A stretch of 64,000 nt of DNA from NCBI GenBank assembly GCA_964617505.1, contig CAZTZB010000003.1, forward strand, positions 7,968 to 71,967. The letters run 5' to 3'. Under the pieces are notes generated by a model that saw only the letters and a list, made by a program, of their open reading frames with translations, was not told where the DNA came from and searched no databases. The DNA comes from an uncultured Peptostreptococcaceae bacterium. Its GTDB lineage: Bacteria > Bacillota > Clostridia > Peptostreptococcales > BM714. Below are positions 9,115 through 18,671 of this stretch, one piece after another; within the stretch, counting starts at the first letter, position 1, and every line of letters starts with the position of its first letter. Both the position numbers and the translations under genes were made by a program.

Positions 9115-9750
9115 ATGGCATTTACGATTGAAAATGTGGACGAGGTAATACAAAGGACGGGTGCAACCTATAAAGAGGCAAAAGAAGCTCTTGAGATGGC
9201 TGACGGCAATGTTCTGGAAGCTGTAATACTAGTGGAAGAAGGAAGAGGAAAGAACTTAGGAAAGGATGCAAGGGACAAAGGAAACGAAATAGTTGAAAAA
9301 TTAAAAGAGTTGGTTAAAAAAGGAAATGTAACTAGGGTTATGATTAAAAAGGATGATCGTTTAATTCTTGACATTCCAGTAACAGCAGGAGCGGTAGGAG
9401 CAGTTGTTTTTGCACCTGCTACTATAGTAGCAATAATAGTTTCGCTTGCAACCGGTTGTAAAATGGAAATACAGAAGGAGAGCGGAGAAATAATTGATGT
9501 AAATGATATAACCGAAGAAAAGTTTGATAAAGTCATGGAGATGGCTGGGGAATTTGGTGAATCGGCCAAAGAAAAAGCCAATGAAGTAAAGGAGAAAGCA
9601 AAAGAAGCAAAAGAAAAGGCGACTGAAAAAGCCTCAGAAGTAAAAGAAAAGGCGACTGAAAAAGCCACGGAAGTAAAAGAAAAAGCTACTGAAAAAGCCA
9701 CGGAAGTCAAAGAAAAAATTTCTAAGAAGCAAGATGATGAAGAACTATAG
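9115..9750 (+). CDS. DUF4342 protein with an N-terminal UBA/TS-N-like domain and a C-terminal 11-residue repeat tail
   Basis: The N-terminus GATYKEAKEALEMADGNVLEAVILVEE resembles the EF-Ts/NAC UBA fold. The central hydrophobic DUF4342-like core is VMIKKDDRLILDIPVTAGAVGAVVFAPAT. The C-terminus is KEKATEKA[ST]EV repeats. Confidence 0.6.
   Translation: MAFTIENVDEVIQRTGATYKEAKEALEMADGNVLEAVILVEEGRGKNLGKDARDKGNEIVEKLKELVKKGNVTRVMIKKDDRLILDIPVTAGAVGAVVFAPATIVAIIVSLATGCKMEIQKESGEIIDVNDITEEKFDKVMEMAGEFGESAKEKANEVKEKAKEAKEKATEKASEVKEKATEKATEVKEKATEKATEVKEKISKKQDDEEL
9613..9711 (+). repeat. three tandem 33-bp coding repeats (11-aa EKATEKA[ST]EVK units), with more degenerate copies upstream from about 9571
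   Basis: The units 9613-9645, 9646-9678 and 9679-9711 differ at only a few positions. Confidence 0.9.
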
Positions 9751-9766
9751 AATCCATTAAAAAGTG

Positions 9767-9795
9767 TTTACAAAATCTGTTGAGTATGTTACTAT
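9767..9795 (+). promoter_or_regulatory. sigma-A promoter of the glyQS T-box leader
   Basis: TTTACA (9767-9772), a 17-nt spacer, then TACTAT (9790-9795) with an extended -10 TGt. Confidence 0.6.
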
Positions 9796-9799
9796 TCAT

Positions 9800-9999
9800 C
9801 TAAATGAATAGTGCATGCGATGAAGAAGAAATCCTTGAGGAAAGAATCTAAGAGAGCTGGTGGCGCTGAGAACCGGTATTCACATTCAAAGGATGGTACT
9901 TTCGAGCATTTGTAATTGAGTGGGCATTAATATGCCAAAAAGGGTGGAACCGCGGAATGACTTTCGTCCCTTGCCTAGAGCAAGGGACGGGAGTTTTTA
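9800..9999 (+). promoter_or_regulatory. T-box riboswitch leader (glycine-specific) with terminator/antiterminator
   Basis: Stem I elements are present: a GA/K-turn tgcgatgaag, an AGAGAG bulge and a distal loop. The conserved T-box is AGGGTGGAACCGCG at 9941-9954, with a UGGA bulge complementary to a UCCA acceptor end (U73 discriminator). The terminator is cgtcccttg...caagggacg (9965-9989) plus a U-run. Confidence 0.85.
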
Positions 10000-10018
10000 T
10001 ATTTTTAAGGAGGAAATT

Positions 10019-11416
10019 ATGGCTAAAATTGAAAAAAGTAAAATGGACAAATTTGTAGCTTTGTCAAAATCTAGGGGATTTATTTTCCCGGGATCTGAGA
10101 TTTACGGCGGATTGGCCAATACTTGGGATTATGGTCCATTGGGCGTAGAATTCAAGAATAATGTAAAGAAGGCATGGTGGAAAAAATTCATTCAAGAATC
10201 GCCATACAATGTAGGCGTTGATGCAGCGATACTGATGAATCCTAAAACATGGGTGGCTTCCGGTCATGTAGGAGGCTTTAGCGACCCTCTCATGGACTGC
10301 AAGAATTGCAAATCGAGGTTCAGGGCTGACAAGTTGATTGAGGATTATATTTCCGAAAGCGGAAAAGACCAAGAAGTAGTGGATGGTTGGTCAAAGAATA
10401 AAATGGAGGATTATATCCTGGGCGAGGGAATCAAGTGCCCTGAATGCGGCAGCAGCGACTTTACTGAAATACGTGAATTCAATTTGATGTTTAAGACATT
10501 CCAGGGAGTAGTAGAGGATTCGATGGCGGAGATATATCTTAGACCTGAAACAGCCCAAGGGATATTTGTAAATTTCCGAAGCATACAGAGAAGCGCAAGA
10601 AAAAAAATACCATTTGGTATAGGTCAGATTGGAAAGTCTTTTAGAAACGAAATAACACCGGGTAACTACACTTTTAGAACAAGAGAATTCGAACAAATGG
10701 AACTTGAATTTTTTTGCGCACCGGGAGAAGATCTTAAATGGTTCGAATATTGGAAGGAATTTTGTAAGAACTGGCTGGATATACTTGGAATGGACATGGA
10801 GAATATTAGACTAAGAGATCATGAAAAAGAAGAATTGTCTCATTACAGCAATGCTACTACCGATTTTGAATACAATTTCCCATTTGGATGGGGAGAGCTT
10901 TGGGGCCTTGCAGACAGAACTGATTACGACTTAAAACAGCACATTGAGCATTCTGGCGTAGACATGAGGTATCAGGATCCGATAACCAACGAAAAATACA
11001 TTCCGTATTGCATAGAGCCTTCATTGGGCGCGGACAGAGTTGCCTTGGCATTTTTGTTGGATGCATACAATGAGGAGCAATTGGAAGACGGAACAGAGCG
11101 TGTCGTAATGAAGCTGCATCCTTTTCTTTCACCTTTCAAGGCTGCCATATTTCCTCTCTCTAAAAAATTGAGCGCTGAGGCTGGAAATGTTTATACCATG
11201 CTATCAAAGTACCACAATGTAGACTATGATGAATCCGGAAGCATCGGCAAGAGGTATAGACGCCACGACGAAATAGGGACACCTTATTGCATAACAATAG
11301 ATTTTGATACATTGGAAGATGAATCTGTAACCGTAAGGGATAGGGACACGATGGAACAGAAGAGAATGCCTATAGAGGAATTGATACAATTTTTGAACGA
11401 AAAAACAATGTTTTAA
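10019..11416 (+). CDS. glyQS: glycine--tRNA ligase (single-chain alpha2 type)
   Basis: ATG 10019 follows an AAGGAGG SD. The N-terminus MAKIEK...[13 protein letters not shown] and the class II motifs ([11 protein letters not shown]) are present. The track start 9920 would translate the T-box terminator. Confidence 0.95.
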   Translation: MAKIEKSKMDKFVALSKSRGFIFPGSEIYGGLANTWDYGPLGVEFKNNVKKAWWKKFIQESPYNVGVDAAILMNPKTWVASGHVGGFSDPLMDCKNCKSRFRADKLIEDYISESGKDQEVVDGWSKNKMEDYILGEGIKCPECGSSDFTEIREFNLMFKTFQGVVEDSMAEIYLRPETAQGIFVNFRSIQRSARKKIPFGIGQIGKSFRNEITPGNYTFRTREFEQMELEFFCAPGEDLKWFEYWKEFCKNWLDILGMDMENIRLRDHEKEELSHYSNATTDFEYNFPFGWGELWGLADRTDYDLKQHIEHSGVDMRYQDPITNEKYIPYCIEPSLGADRVALAFLLDAYNEEQLEDGTERVVMKLHPFLSPFKAAIFPLSKKLSAEAGNVYTMLSKYHNVDYDESGSIGKRYRRHDEIGTPYCITIDFDTLEDESVTVRDRDTMEQKRMPIEELIQFLNEKTMF

Positions 11417-11446
11417 AAAGCAGGCCAAATGGCCTGCTTTTTTTTA
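11416..11446 (+). terminator. rho-independent terminator after glyQS
   Basis: Hairpin agcaggcc-aaat-ggcctgct followed by T7. Confidence 0.85.
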
Positions 11447-11515
11447 AAAATTTTATATACTACAACGTTATTTCTGTTATAATAACAAATAGTGTAACAT
11501 ATAAAACGAAAAGAG

Positions 11516-12178
11516 GTGATTGAAATCCAATACAACGATAGGCAAAAGCGCATTATTGAAATAGTGAAAGAATATCAGCCAGTAACCAGCGAAAAAATAT
11601 CAAATCTTCTTAATGTCAACAGGTCGACTATTAGACCCGATCTTTCAATACTTGTAATGACGGGAATACTCGATGCCCGGCCGAAAGTCGGTTATCTGTA
11701 TGTTGGAGATCAGGAAGACAAGGTAATAGCTAACCACATACGAAATGTTAAAGTGAACGAATTGAAATCAATGCCGGTTGTGGTGGATGAAAAAACAACG
11801 GTATACGATGCCATCGTTTTCATGTTCATGAAAGATGTGGGGACTATATATGTGACTTCGAAGGGATATTTGAGCGGAGTTGTTTCAAGAAAAGATTTTT
11901 TGAAGACGGCAATAGGCGGAAATGACATAAGGAAAATACCGGTCAATGTAATAATGACCAGAATGCCAAATCTTATAATAGCATTTTCTAATGAATCAAT
12001 ATATGAAGCTGCACAAAAGCTGATAAACTGTGAAATAGACAGTTTGCCGGTTGTCGAGAGGCTTATGATTGACAATGCAGAAGTCTATAAAGTAGTGGGA
12101 AGAATATCTAAAACAAGTATAACCAAATTTTTCGTAGAATTGGGAACAAAAGAATTTGGAGGACTTTATGATGAATAA
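11516..12178 (+). CDS. ccpN: CcpN-like transcriptional repressor (HTH plus CBS pair)
   Basis: It is colinear with my recollection of B. subtilis CcpN (…RQ..I..IVKE..P.T.E.I...LN..R.T.RPDL.IL.M.G.L.ARP.VGY.Y… IMTRMPN…). It is followed by the yqfL/PDRP homologue, as in Bacillus. Confidence 0.8.
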   Translation: MIEIQYNDRQKRIIEIVKEYQPVTSEKISNLLNVNRSTIRPDLSILVMTGILDARPKVGYLYVGDQEDKVIANHIRNVKVNELKSMPVVVDEKTTVYDAIVFMFMKDVGTIYVTSKGYLSGVVSRKDFLKTAIGGNDIRKIPVNVIMTRMPNLIIAFSNESIYEAAQKLINCEIDSLPVVERLMIDNAEVYKVVGRISKTSITKFFVELGTKEFGGLYDE

Positions 12179-12986
12179 TCAGATTGTTATTTTCATAGTT
12201 TCAGATTCCATTGGAGAAACAGCTGAACAGATCGTCAGAGCGGTACTGGGTCAATTCAAAGGAAATGATTATGTACTAAAGAGATATGCATTCACCGACA
12301 CTGAAGATAAAATTTATAATTTGATAAACGAAGCAGCTGAGCAGAATGCAGTTGTTGCTTTTACAATAGTAGTACCTGAACTGAGGGACCTTATGGTTGA
12401 AGAGTGCGAGTCTAGGGGGGTAGTATACAACGATATACTTAGTCCTATGATTGGTACATTCAAAAGAGCCATAGGAACTGAGCCTTTGAATCAGCCCGGT
12501 ACGATAAGAAGGCTTGATGACAAGTATTTTAAAAAGGTGGAAGCAATTGAATTTGCGGTAAAGTACGACGATGGGAAAGATCCGCGAGGTATTAAGAAAG
12601 CTGATATTGTTCTTATTGGCGTATCCAGAACATCAAAGACTCCACTCAGCATGTACTTGGCTCACAAGAACATAAGGGTCGCGAATATACCCTTGGTTCC
12701 TGAAGTTCCTGTTCCGGATGAATTGTTTGAGATATCTTCAAAGCGAATAATTGGATTGATTACAGATCCTGAAAAACTCAATGCAATACGATTGGAAAGA
12801 CTTAAAAGCATGGGACTGAGCAATAGTGCGATTTATGCAGATATGAATAGAATAATGGAAGAATTGGAATATGCCGAGAAATTAATGAGAAAAATAGGAT
12901 GTCCTTTCATCGATGTTTCGAATAAAGCAATTGAAGAAAGTGCAAACACTATTATTCAGATAATGAAGGAAAACAATACTTATTAA
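12168..12986 (+). CDS. pyruvate, phosphate dikinase regulatory protein (PDRP, DUF299/YqfL)
   Basis: It has the P-loop GVSRTSKTPLSMYLA. ATG 12168 follows a GGAGGA SD. It lies immediately upstream of ppdK. Confidence 0.85.
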   Translation: MMNNQIVIFIVSDSIGETAEQIVRAVLGQFKGNDYVLKRYAFTDTEDKIYNLINEAAEQNAVVAFTIVVPELRDLMVEECESRGVVYNDILSPMIGTFKRAIGTEPLNQPGTIRRLDDKYFKKVEAIEFAVKYDDGKDPRGIKKADIVLIGVSRTSKTPLSMYLAHKNIRVANIPLVPEVPVPDELFEISSKRIIGLITDPEKLNAIRLERLKSMGLSNSAIYADMNRIMEELEYAEKLMRKIGCPFIDVSNKAIEESANTIIQIMKENNTY

Positions 12987-13003
12987 AAGGGGAGGGCAAT
13001 ACA

Positions 13004-15625
13004 GTGAGTGAATTTGTATATCTTTTTAGCGAAGGAAACAAAGACCTGAAAAGCCTTTTGGGTGGAAAAGGTGCAAATCTGGCGGAAATGAAAAACATAG
13101 GGTTGCCAGTGCCTGAAGGCTTTACTATTACAACGGAAGCCTGCAACAATTATTATGAAGAAGGCAAGAAATTAAAAGACTCAATAAAGCAGGAAATTTT
13201 TGACAAGATTGGCAAGTTGGAAGACATGACAGGGAAGAGTTTTGGAGATAATTCCAATCCCTTGCTGGTATCAGTACGTTCCGGAGCAGTCGTTTCTATG
13301 CCGGGTATGATGGATACAGTATTGAACCTTGGTTTGAACGATATTGCAGTCGAAGGATTGGCCAAGCTTACGGATAACGAGCGCTTTGCTTATGACAGCT
13401 ATAGAAGATTCATACAGATGTTTTCGGATGTTGTACTTAGCATACATAAGTATAAGTTTGATGCAGTTTTGGACAATGCAAAAGAAGAGCGCGGATATTC
13501 TAACGATACTGAGTTGACAGTCGAAGACCTCAAAAAAATAATCAAAAAATACAAAGCAATAGTAAAAAAAGAGACAGGTGAAGATTTTTCGCAAGAGCCG
13601 AAAGAACAATTGTTAAAAGCTGTTGAGGCTGTTTTTGATTCATGGAACAATAAAAGGGCGATCACATACAGAAGAATAAACAATATTCCGCATCATTATG
13701 GTACAGCAGTAAATGTACAATCCATGGTATTCGGAAATATGGGGGATGATTCTGGTACGGGTGTTGCATTTACAAGGAATCCTTCAACGGGTGAAAATAA
13801 GGTTTTTGGCGAATTTTTGATGAATGCACAAGGGGAAGATGTGGTTGCAGGAATAAGGACTCCCAAGTCAATCGACGAGCTTAATGATGTAATGCCTAGG
13901 GTTTACAGTGAGTTTATGGATATAGCGAAAAGACTTGAAAACCATTATAGAGACACTCAAGATATAGAATTTACAATCGAAAAAGGGAAATTATTCCTTC
14001 TCCAAACACGTACTGGAAAGAGAACAGCTTTTGCGGCTGTAAACATTGCAGTTGATTTGGTAAACGAGGGTTTAATAGAAAAAGAAGAAGCCTTGCTTAG
14101 AATTAAACCGGAACAAATTGATCAATTGCTGCATCCGGCATTTAATGAAAAAGAATTGGCGGAAAGCAAATCGATAGCAAAAGGGTTGCCGGCTTCGCCG
14201 GGAGCGGCTTCCGGTAAAGTTTATTTTACTGCTGACGATGTTGTTAAAGCAGTAGCGAATGGAAGCAAAGGAATACTTGTAAGAATGGAAACCTCTCCCG
14301 AAGATATTGAAGGCATGGTTGTTGCCGAGGGCGTGCTGACTTCTAGAGGAGGGATGACATCCCATGCCGCAGTTGTAGCAAGGGGAATGGGCAAGTGCTG
14401 CATCGCGGGTTGCGGAGAAATCAGTGTAGATGAGAAAAACCGAACATTTACTGTTGGGGGAAAAGTATTCAAGGAAGGCGACTACATTTCTTTAGACGGA
14501 AAAACGGGCGATGTTTACGAGGGAGTAATAAAAACAAGCAAGGCGCATCTTAGCGGCAGCTTTGCAAAGATAATGGAATTATCTGATGAAGTCAGAAGAC
14601 TTGGAATAAGGACGAATGCAGATACACCCAAAGATGCTGAGGCTGCGGTTGAATTTGGTGCAGAGGGTATTGGCTTGTGCAGGACTGAGCATATGTTTTT
14701 TGATGAAAAGAGAATCAATTATGTTAGGCAAATGATTGTTGCCGATGATGTTTTGCATAGAAAGCAAGCTCTAGCACATCTTCTTCCTTTCCAAATGGAA
14801 GATTTTGAAGGCATTTTCAAAGCAATGAAGGAACGTCCTGTAACGATAAGATTGCTTGATCCGCCTCTTCATGAGTTCCTTCCTAAGGGTGAAGAGGAAA
14901 TAAGGGATCTTTCGGTTAAAATAGGTGTTGAGTTTGAAAGACTAAAGGAAAAAGTGGAAAGTTTAAAAGAAATCAATCCTATGCTAGGGCATAGGGGCTG
15001 TAGGCTTTCAATAACATATCCGGAAATCTATGAAATGCAAGTTGAGGCTATTGCTAAAGCGGCACTTAATGTAAAAGCTCAGACCGGTTTAAATATAAAA
15101 CCCGAGATCATGATTCCATTGGTTGGTCTTGAAAATGAAATAAAGTATAATCGCGAATTGGTAATCCGAACAATAGATAAAGTGCTTGCGGAAACGGGAG
15201 CATCTTTGGAATATATGATAGGAACAATGATAGAGGTTCCGCGGGCTGCCGTTACGGCTGATGAAATAGCGAAATATGCTGAATTCTTCTCATTTGGAAC
15301 AAATGACCTGACGCAAATGGGATTCGGATTTTCCAGAGACGATGCCGGAAAATTTATAAACGAATATGTTCAAAAGAACATATTCGAATGCGACCCGTTC
15401 GAAAAGCTTGATCAAAAAGGAATAGGGAAATTGATGACCATTGCAATCGAGCTTGGAAGAAAAACTCGTCCAGGCATTAAACTTGGTATTTGTGGAGAGC
15501 ATGGTGGAGAACCTGATTCCATAGACTTTTGTCATAGGATAGGGCTTGACTATGTATCATGTTCACCCTATAGAGTTCCGATTGCACGATTGGCAGCTGC
15601 CCAGGCAGTAATAAGGAATAGGTAA
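13004..15625 (+). CDS. ppdK: pyruvate, phosphate dikinase
   Basis: 873 aa. It has the ATP-grasp N-terminus, the phosphohistidine motif GGMTSHAAVVARGMG and the C-terminal PEP/pyruvate domain (GLCRTEHMF, GTNDLTQ). Confidence 0.95.
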   Translation: MSEFVYLFSEGNKDLKSLLGGKGANLAEMKNIGLPVPEGFTITTEACNNYYEEGKKLKDSIKQEIFDKIGKLEDMTGKSFGDNSNPLLVSVRSGAVVSMPGMMDTVLNLGLNDIAVEGLAKLTDNERFAYDSYRRFIQMFSDVVLSIHKYKFDAVLDNAKEERGYSNDTELTVEDLKKIIKKYKAIVKKETGEDFSQEPKEQLLKAVEAVFDSWNNKRAITYRRINNIPHHYGTAVNVQSMVFGNMGDDSGTGVAFTRNPSTGENKVFGEFLMNAQGEDVVAGIRTPKSIDELNDVMPRVYSEFMDIAKRLENHYRDTQDIEFTIEKGKLFLLQTRTGKRTAFAAVNIAVDLVNEGLIEKEEALLRIKPEQIDQLLHPAFNEKELAESKSIAKGLPASPGAASGKVYFTADDVVKAVANGSKGILVRMETSPEDIEGMVVAEGVLTSRGGMTSHAAVVARGMGKCCIAGCGEISVDEKNRTFTVGGKVFKEGDYISLDGKTGDVYEGVIKTSKAHLSGSFAKIMELSDEVRRLGIRTNADTPKDAEAAVEFGAEGIGLCRTEHMFFDEKRINYVRQMIVADDVLHRKQALAHLLPFQMEDFEGIFKAMKERPVTIRLLDPPLHEFLPKGEEEIRDLSVKIGVEFERLKEKVESLKEINPMLGHRGCRLSITYPEIYEMQVEAIAKAALNVKAQTGLNIKPEIMIPLVGLENEIKYNRELVIRTIDKVLAETGASLEYMIGTMIEVPRAAVTADEIAKYAEFFSFGTNDLTQMGFGFSRDDAGKFINEYVQKNIFECDPFEKLDQKGIGKLMTIAIELGRKTRPGIKLGICGEHGGEPDSIDFCHRIGLDYVSCSPYRVPIARLAAAQAVIRNR

Positions 15626-15650
15626 ATAGCTGGCAAAATAGAAATGCATG

Positions 15651-15694
15651 AACCCTTTAAAAAGAGCCGATAGGTTCTTTTTAAAGGGTTTTTC
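15651..15694 (+). terminator. rho-independent terminator after ppdK
   Basis: A perfect 15-bp stem pairs aaccctttaaaaaga (15651-15665) with tctttttaaagggtt (15676-15690), followed by Ts. Confidence 0.85.
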
Positions 15695-15741
15695 GTTTTA
15701 TTGTTGTATATATAACTATAAAGCGAAATGGAGGTCGAGAG

Positions 15742-16740
15742 ATGAAACTAAGAATGGAATATGAAGAAAGGGAAAAAGAATGGCTTTCTGATAAAGCTTG
15801 TCTTTCGTCTAGAACGCTTGGGAGAAGGAAAGAGGAAATCCCTTGCGATATAAGAACAGATTTTCAGAGAGATAGGGATAGAGTTATACATTCAAAATCA
15901 TTTAGAAGGCTTAAACATAAAACGCAGGTTTTTCTTTCTCCTGAAGGAGACCACTATAGGACTCGTATGACACATACATTGGAAGTGGCTCAGATTTCGA
16001 GAACTATAGCAAGGGCTCTTAGATTGAATGAAGACCTAACGGAGGCTATTGCAATGGCGCATGATTTGGGACATACGCCGTTCGGTCATTGTGGAGAAAC
16101 AGTTTTGAACCGAATTTATCCGGGCGGATTTATTCACAATGAGCAAAGCCTAAGGGTGGTGGATTTGCTTGAGGATGGCAGATATGAAGGATTTGGCTTA
16201 AATTTAACAGATGAAGTGCGTGATGGAATTCTTCATCACAGGGGAAAACAGAAATGCAAAACATTGGAGGGGGACATCGTCAGCTTGAGTGACAGGATTG
16301 CATATATAAACCATGATATTGATGACGCAACTAGGGCTGGGATGCGTGAAATAAAACAAATCCCAAAGGAATGCTTGGATTGTCTCGGAGAAAGCCATGG
16401 GGAACGTATAAATACAATGGTGGTAGATGTGATTGAAAACAGTATGAATAGGGAATATATTTGCATGAGCGAAAAAGTTGATTATCATACGAATAAATTG
16501 AGGGATTTCATGTTTGAAAATATATACTTGAATCCGAAAGCAAAGGGTGAAGAGGTAAAGGCACAAAGAATAATCGAACAGCTTTATGGTTATTTTATAG
16601 TTCATCAAGAAGAACTGCCTGAAAATATCAGAAGAGAAAGTGAAGAGTTTGAGGGCGTGAAAGACTATATTGCAGGAATGTCGGATAGATATGCTATCAA
16701 GAAGTTCAAGGACATATATATTCCGGAATATTGGGTATAA
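15742..16740 (+). CDS. dgt: dGTPase-like HD-domain triphosphohydrolase
   Basis: It has the HD motifs RTRMTHTLEVAQI and AHDLGHTPFGH. At 332 aa it is the short type commonly found upstream of dnaG. Confidence 0.8.
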   Translation: MKLRMEYEEREKEWLSDKACLSSRTLGRRKEEIPCDIRTDFQRDRDRVIHSKSFRRLKHKTQVFLSPEGDHYRTRMTHTLEVAQISRTIARALRLNEDLTEAIAMAHDLGHTPFGHCGETVLNRIYPGGFIHNEQSLRVVDLLEDGRYEGFGLNLTDEVRDGILHHRGKQKCKTLEGDIVSLSDRIAYINHDIDDATRAGMREIKQIPKECLDCLGESHGERINTMVVDVIENSMNREYICMSEKVDYHTNKLRDFMFENIYLNPKAKGEEVKAQRIIEQLYGYFIVHQEELPENIRRESEEFEGVKDYIAGMSDRYAIKKFKDIYIPEYWV

Positions 16741-16832
16741 AAATTTAAGATTCCGACTATTTGAGTAAAGGCAGGAAAACTGAAAATTTTGTAGAAATAT
16801 TATAATTCGTCAAATTTATGGGGTGGATTAAG

Positions 16833-18671
16833 ATGCATAGGTCCTACACAGATGCGTTAATTGAAGAAGTGGGTAACAGGTCTGACATTGTAGCAGTGGT
16901 TTCTCAATATGTGAAACTGAAAAAGACAGGCAAAAATCACAAAGGACTATGTCCTTTCCATAATGAAAAAACACCTTCTTTTATAGTGTCGGAGGATAGG
17001 CAAAGGTACCATTGCTTTGGTTGCGGAGCTTCAGGAGATGTAATAGAATTCGTAATGAATATGGAAAAGCTTGATTTTGTTGATGCCCTCGAATATCTAG
17101 CAGAGCAAAACGGAATTCAGTTGGAGAATTATTTAAAAGAATATGATAATACAAAGATTGTAATGGATAAAACCGTATTGTATGAATTAATGAGGGAAGT
17201 TGCAATTTATTACTATAATAATCTTAAAAAAAGTACAGAAGCACTTAGTTATCTCAAAAAAAGGGAAATTAATGCAAAAACCGTCAAAAATTTTGGATTG
17301 GGATTTGCAACTGAAAGTTGGGATGGGGCGATAAAACATCTTAATCAAAATAAGGGCTATTCTCTTAAGGATTTGGAAAGATGCGGCTTGATTATTAAAA
17401 GGGAAAAAAGCTCCGGTTATTACGATCGCTTCAGAAATAGAATCATGTTTCCCATATTTGATATAAGAGGACGCGTGGTGGGTTTTGGAGGACGTGTATT
17501 AGATGACAGTCTCCCCAAGTATTTGAATTCGCCGGAGACCGAACTTTTCAATAAAAGGGGTTTGCTGTTTGGATTGAATTTTGCCAAACGCTTTACAGGG
17601 GATGAAAAAAGAATAGTGATTGTGGAAGGATACATGGATGTAATAGCATTGCATTCGAGAGGAATACAGAATGCGGTAGCTTCTTTAGGAACGGCTCTTA
17701 CGGAAGATCATGCTGCTTTGCTTAAACGCTATGGCAAGGAATTAATTTTGTCTTACGATTCTGATTCGGCAGGAGAAAATGCAACGGACAAAGCTGTGGG
17801 GATATTGGAAAAAACTAATTGCAAGATAAAAGTGATTCATCTTGAAGGGGCTAAGGATCCAGACGAGTATGTCAAAAAAAATGGAACAGATGCGTATCGT
17901 GGTGAAATGGAAAATGCATTGCCGGCTCTGGATTATAGGATATTCTTGTTGAGAAAAAAGTTTGAAATGACTTCGCCCCAGGAACGAATTGAATACATGG
18001 AAGAGCTGAAATCATTATTTGATTCGGTTCCAGATCTTTTGCAGAAAGAAGTTTATCTAAAAAAAATAAAAAACGAAGAACCTGAAATAGGGGGGCTTCT
18101 TGAAAAATCAATGATGCGTAATTCAAGGGGTAAAAAAAGAAAGGCGAGTGAAGCGAACCGAGTGTACAAGGTTGACAGTGACAAGAGATATGAAACTGAA
18201 CGTATTTTTCTAGGCTTGCTTATGAAAGGAAAAGAAGAGTTTCGAGACGTTGAAAGATTAATAGAAGATTCGGATTTCGCCTTGGATACGCATAGAGAGC
18301 TGTATCGAACGCTATGCAATAGTTATGATAGGCATGACATTATAAACAGAGAAGAAATGACTAATGATCTTGATATCGAAAGCATTGAAGAGCTAACGAA
18401 AATATTTGAGATAGATATTGAGCCTATAATTTCGGAGAAAAATACCCGTGAGATTCTTTATGGATGCTTGCTTGCTATGCGTATGAGCAGGATAGAGAAT
18501 GAACTGAAGGAATTTGATAAAAATAAGCTTGAAAAAGAAGGAGATTTGATAAGAATTAAAGAACTATATAACGAACTGAATCGTTACAGAAATTTGAGAG
18601 GCCGGATGGATGCATTGAAAGAATCTGATTTGTTGCCACCGGGGCAAAAGAAGGGAGGGGAGTCAAATTAA
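16833..18671 (+). CDS. dnaG: DNA primase DnaG
   Basis: It has the zinc finger [11 protein letters not shown]...[10 protein letters not shown] and the TOPRIM motifs EGYMDV and DSDSAG. I prefer ATG 16833, after a GGGGTGG SD, over the track start 16818. Confidence 0.9.
   Translation: MHRSYTDALIEEVGNRSDIVAVVSQYVKLKKTGKNHKGLCPFHNEKTPSFIVSEDRQRYHCFGCGASGDVIEFVMNMEKLDFVDALEYLAEQNGIQLENYLKEYDNTKIVMDKTVLYELMREVAIYYYNNLKKSTEALSYLKKREINAKTVKNFGLGFATESWDGAIKHLNQNKGYSLKDLERCGLIIKREKSSGYYDRFRNRIMFPIFDIRGRVVGFGGRVLDDSLPKYLNSPETELFNKRGLLFGLNFAKRFTGDEKRIVIVEGYMDVIALHSRGIQNAVASLGTALTEDHAALLKRYGKELILSYDSDSAGENATDKAVGILEKTNCKIKVIHLEGAKDPDEYVKKNGTDAYRGEMENALPALDYRIFLLRKKFEMTSPQERIEYMEELKSLFDSVPDLLQKEVYLKKIKNEEPEIGGLLEKSMMRNSRGKKRKASEANRVYKVDSDKRYETERIFLGLLMKGKEEFRDVERLIEDSDFALDTHRELYRTLCNSYDRHDIINREEMTNDLDIESIEELTKIFEIDIEPIISEKNTREILYGCLLAMRMSRIENELKEFDKNKLEKEGDLIRIKELYNELNRYRNLRGRMDALKESDLLPPGQKKGGESN

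Noticed and set aside
9168-9710. A 180-aa minus-strand ORF antisense to the DUF4342 gene.
   Set aside because: It is the reverse complement of the K/E/A-rich repeat gene. Its translation is low-complexity (SFAFS repeats), it has no SD, and it is fully embedded in a well-supported + strand CDS.
9571-9711. Tandem repeats considered as a CRISPR or intergenic repeat array.
   Set aside because: The units are contiguous with no spacers, are 33 bp long (a multiple of 3), and lie inside an ORF, so this is a coding repeat.
9920-10018. The track's N-terminal extension of glyQS ([15 protein letters not shown]…).
   Set aside because: This stretch is the T-box core and terminator hairpin. A strong AAGGAGG SD precedes ATG 10019, which gives the canonical GlyRS N-terminus.
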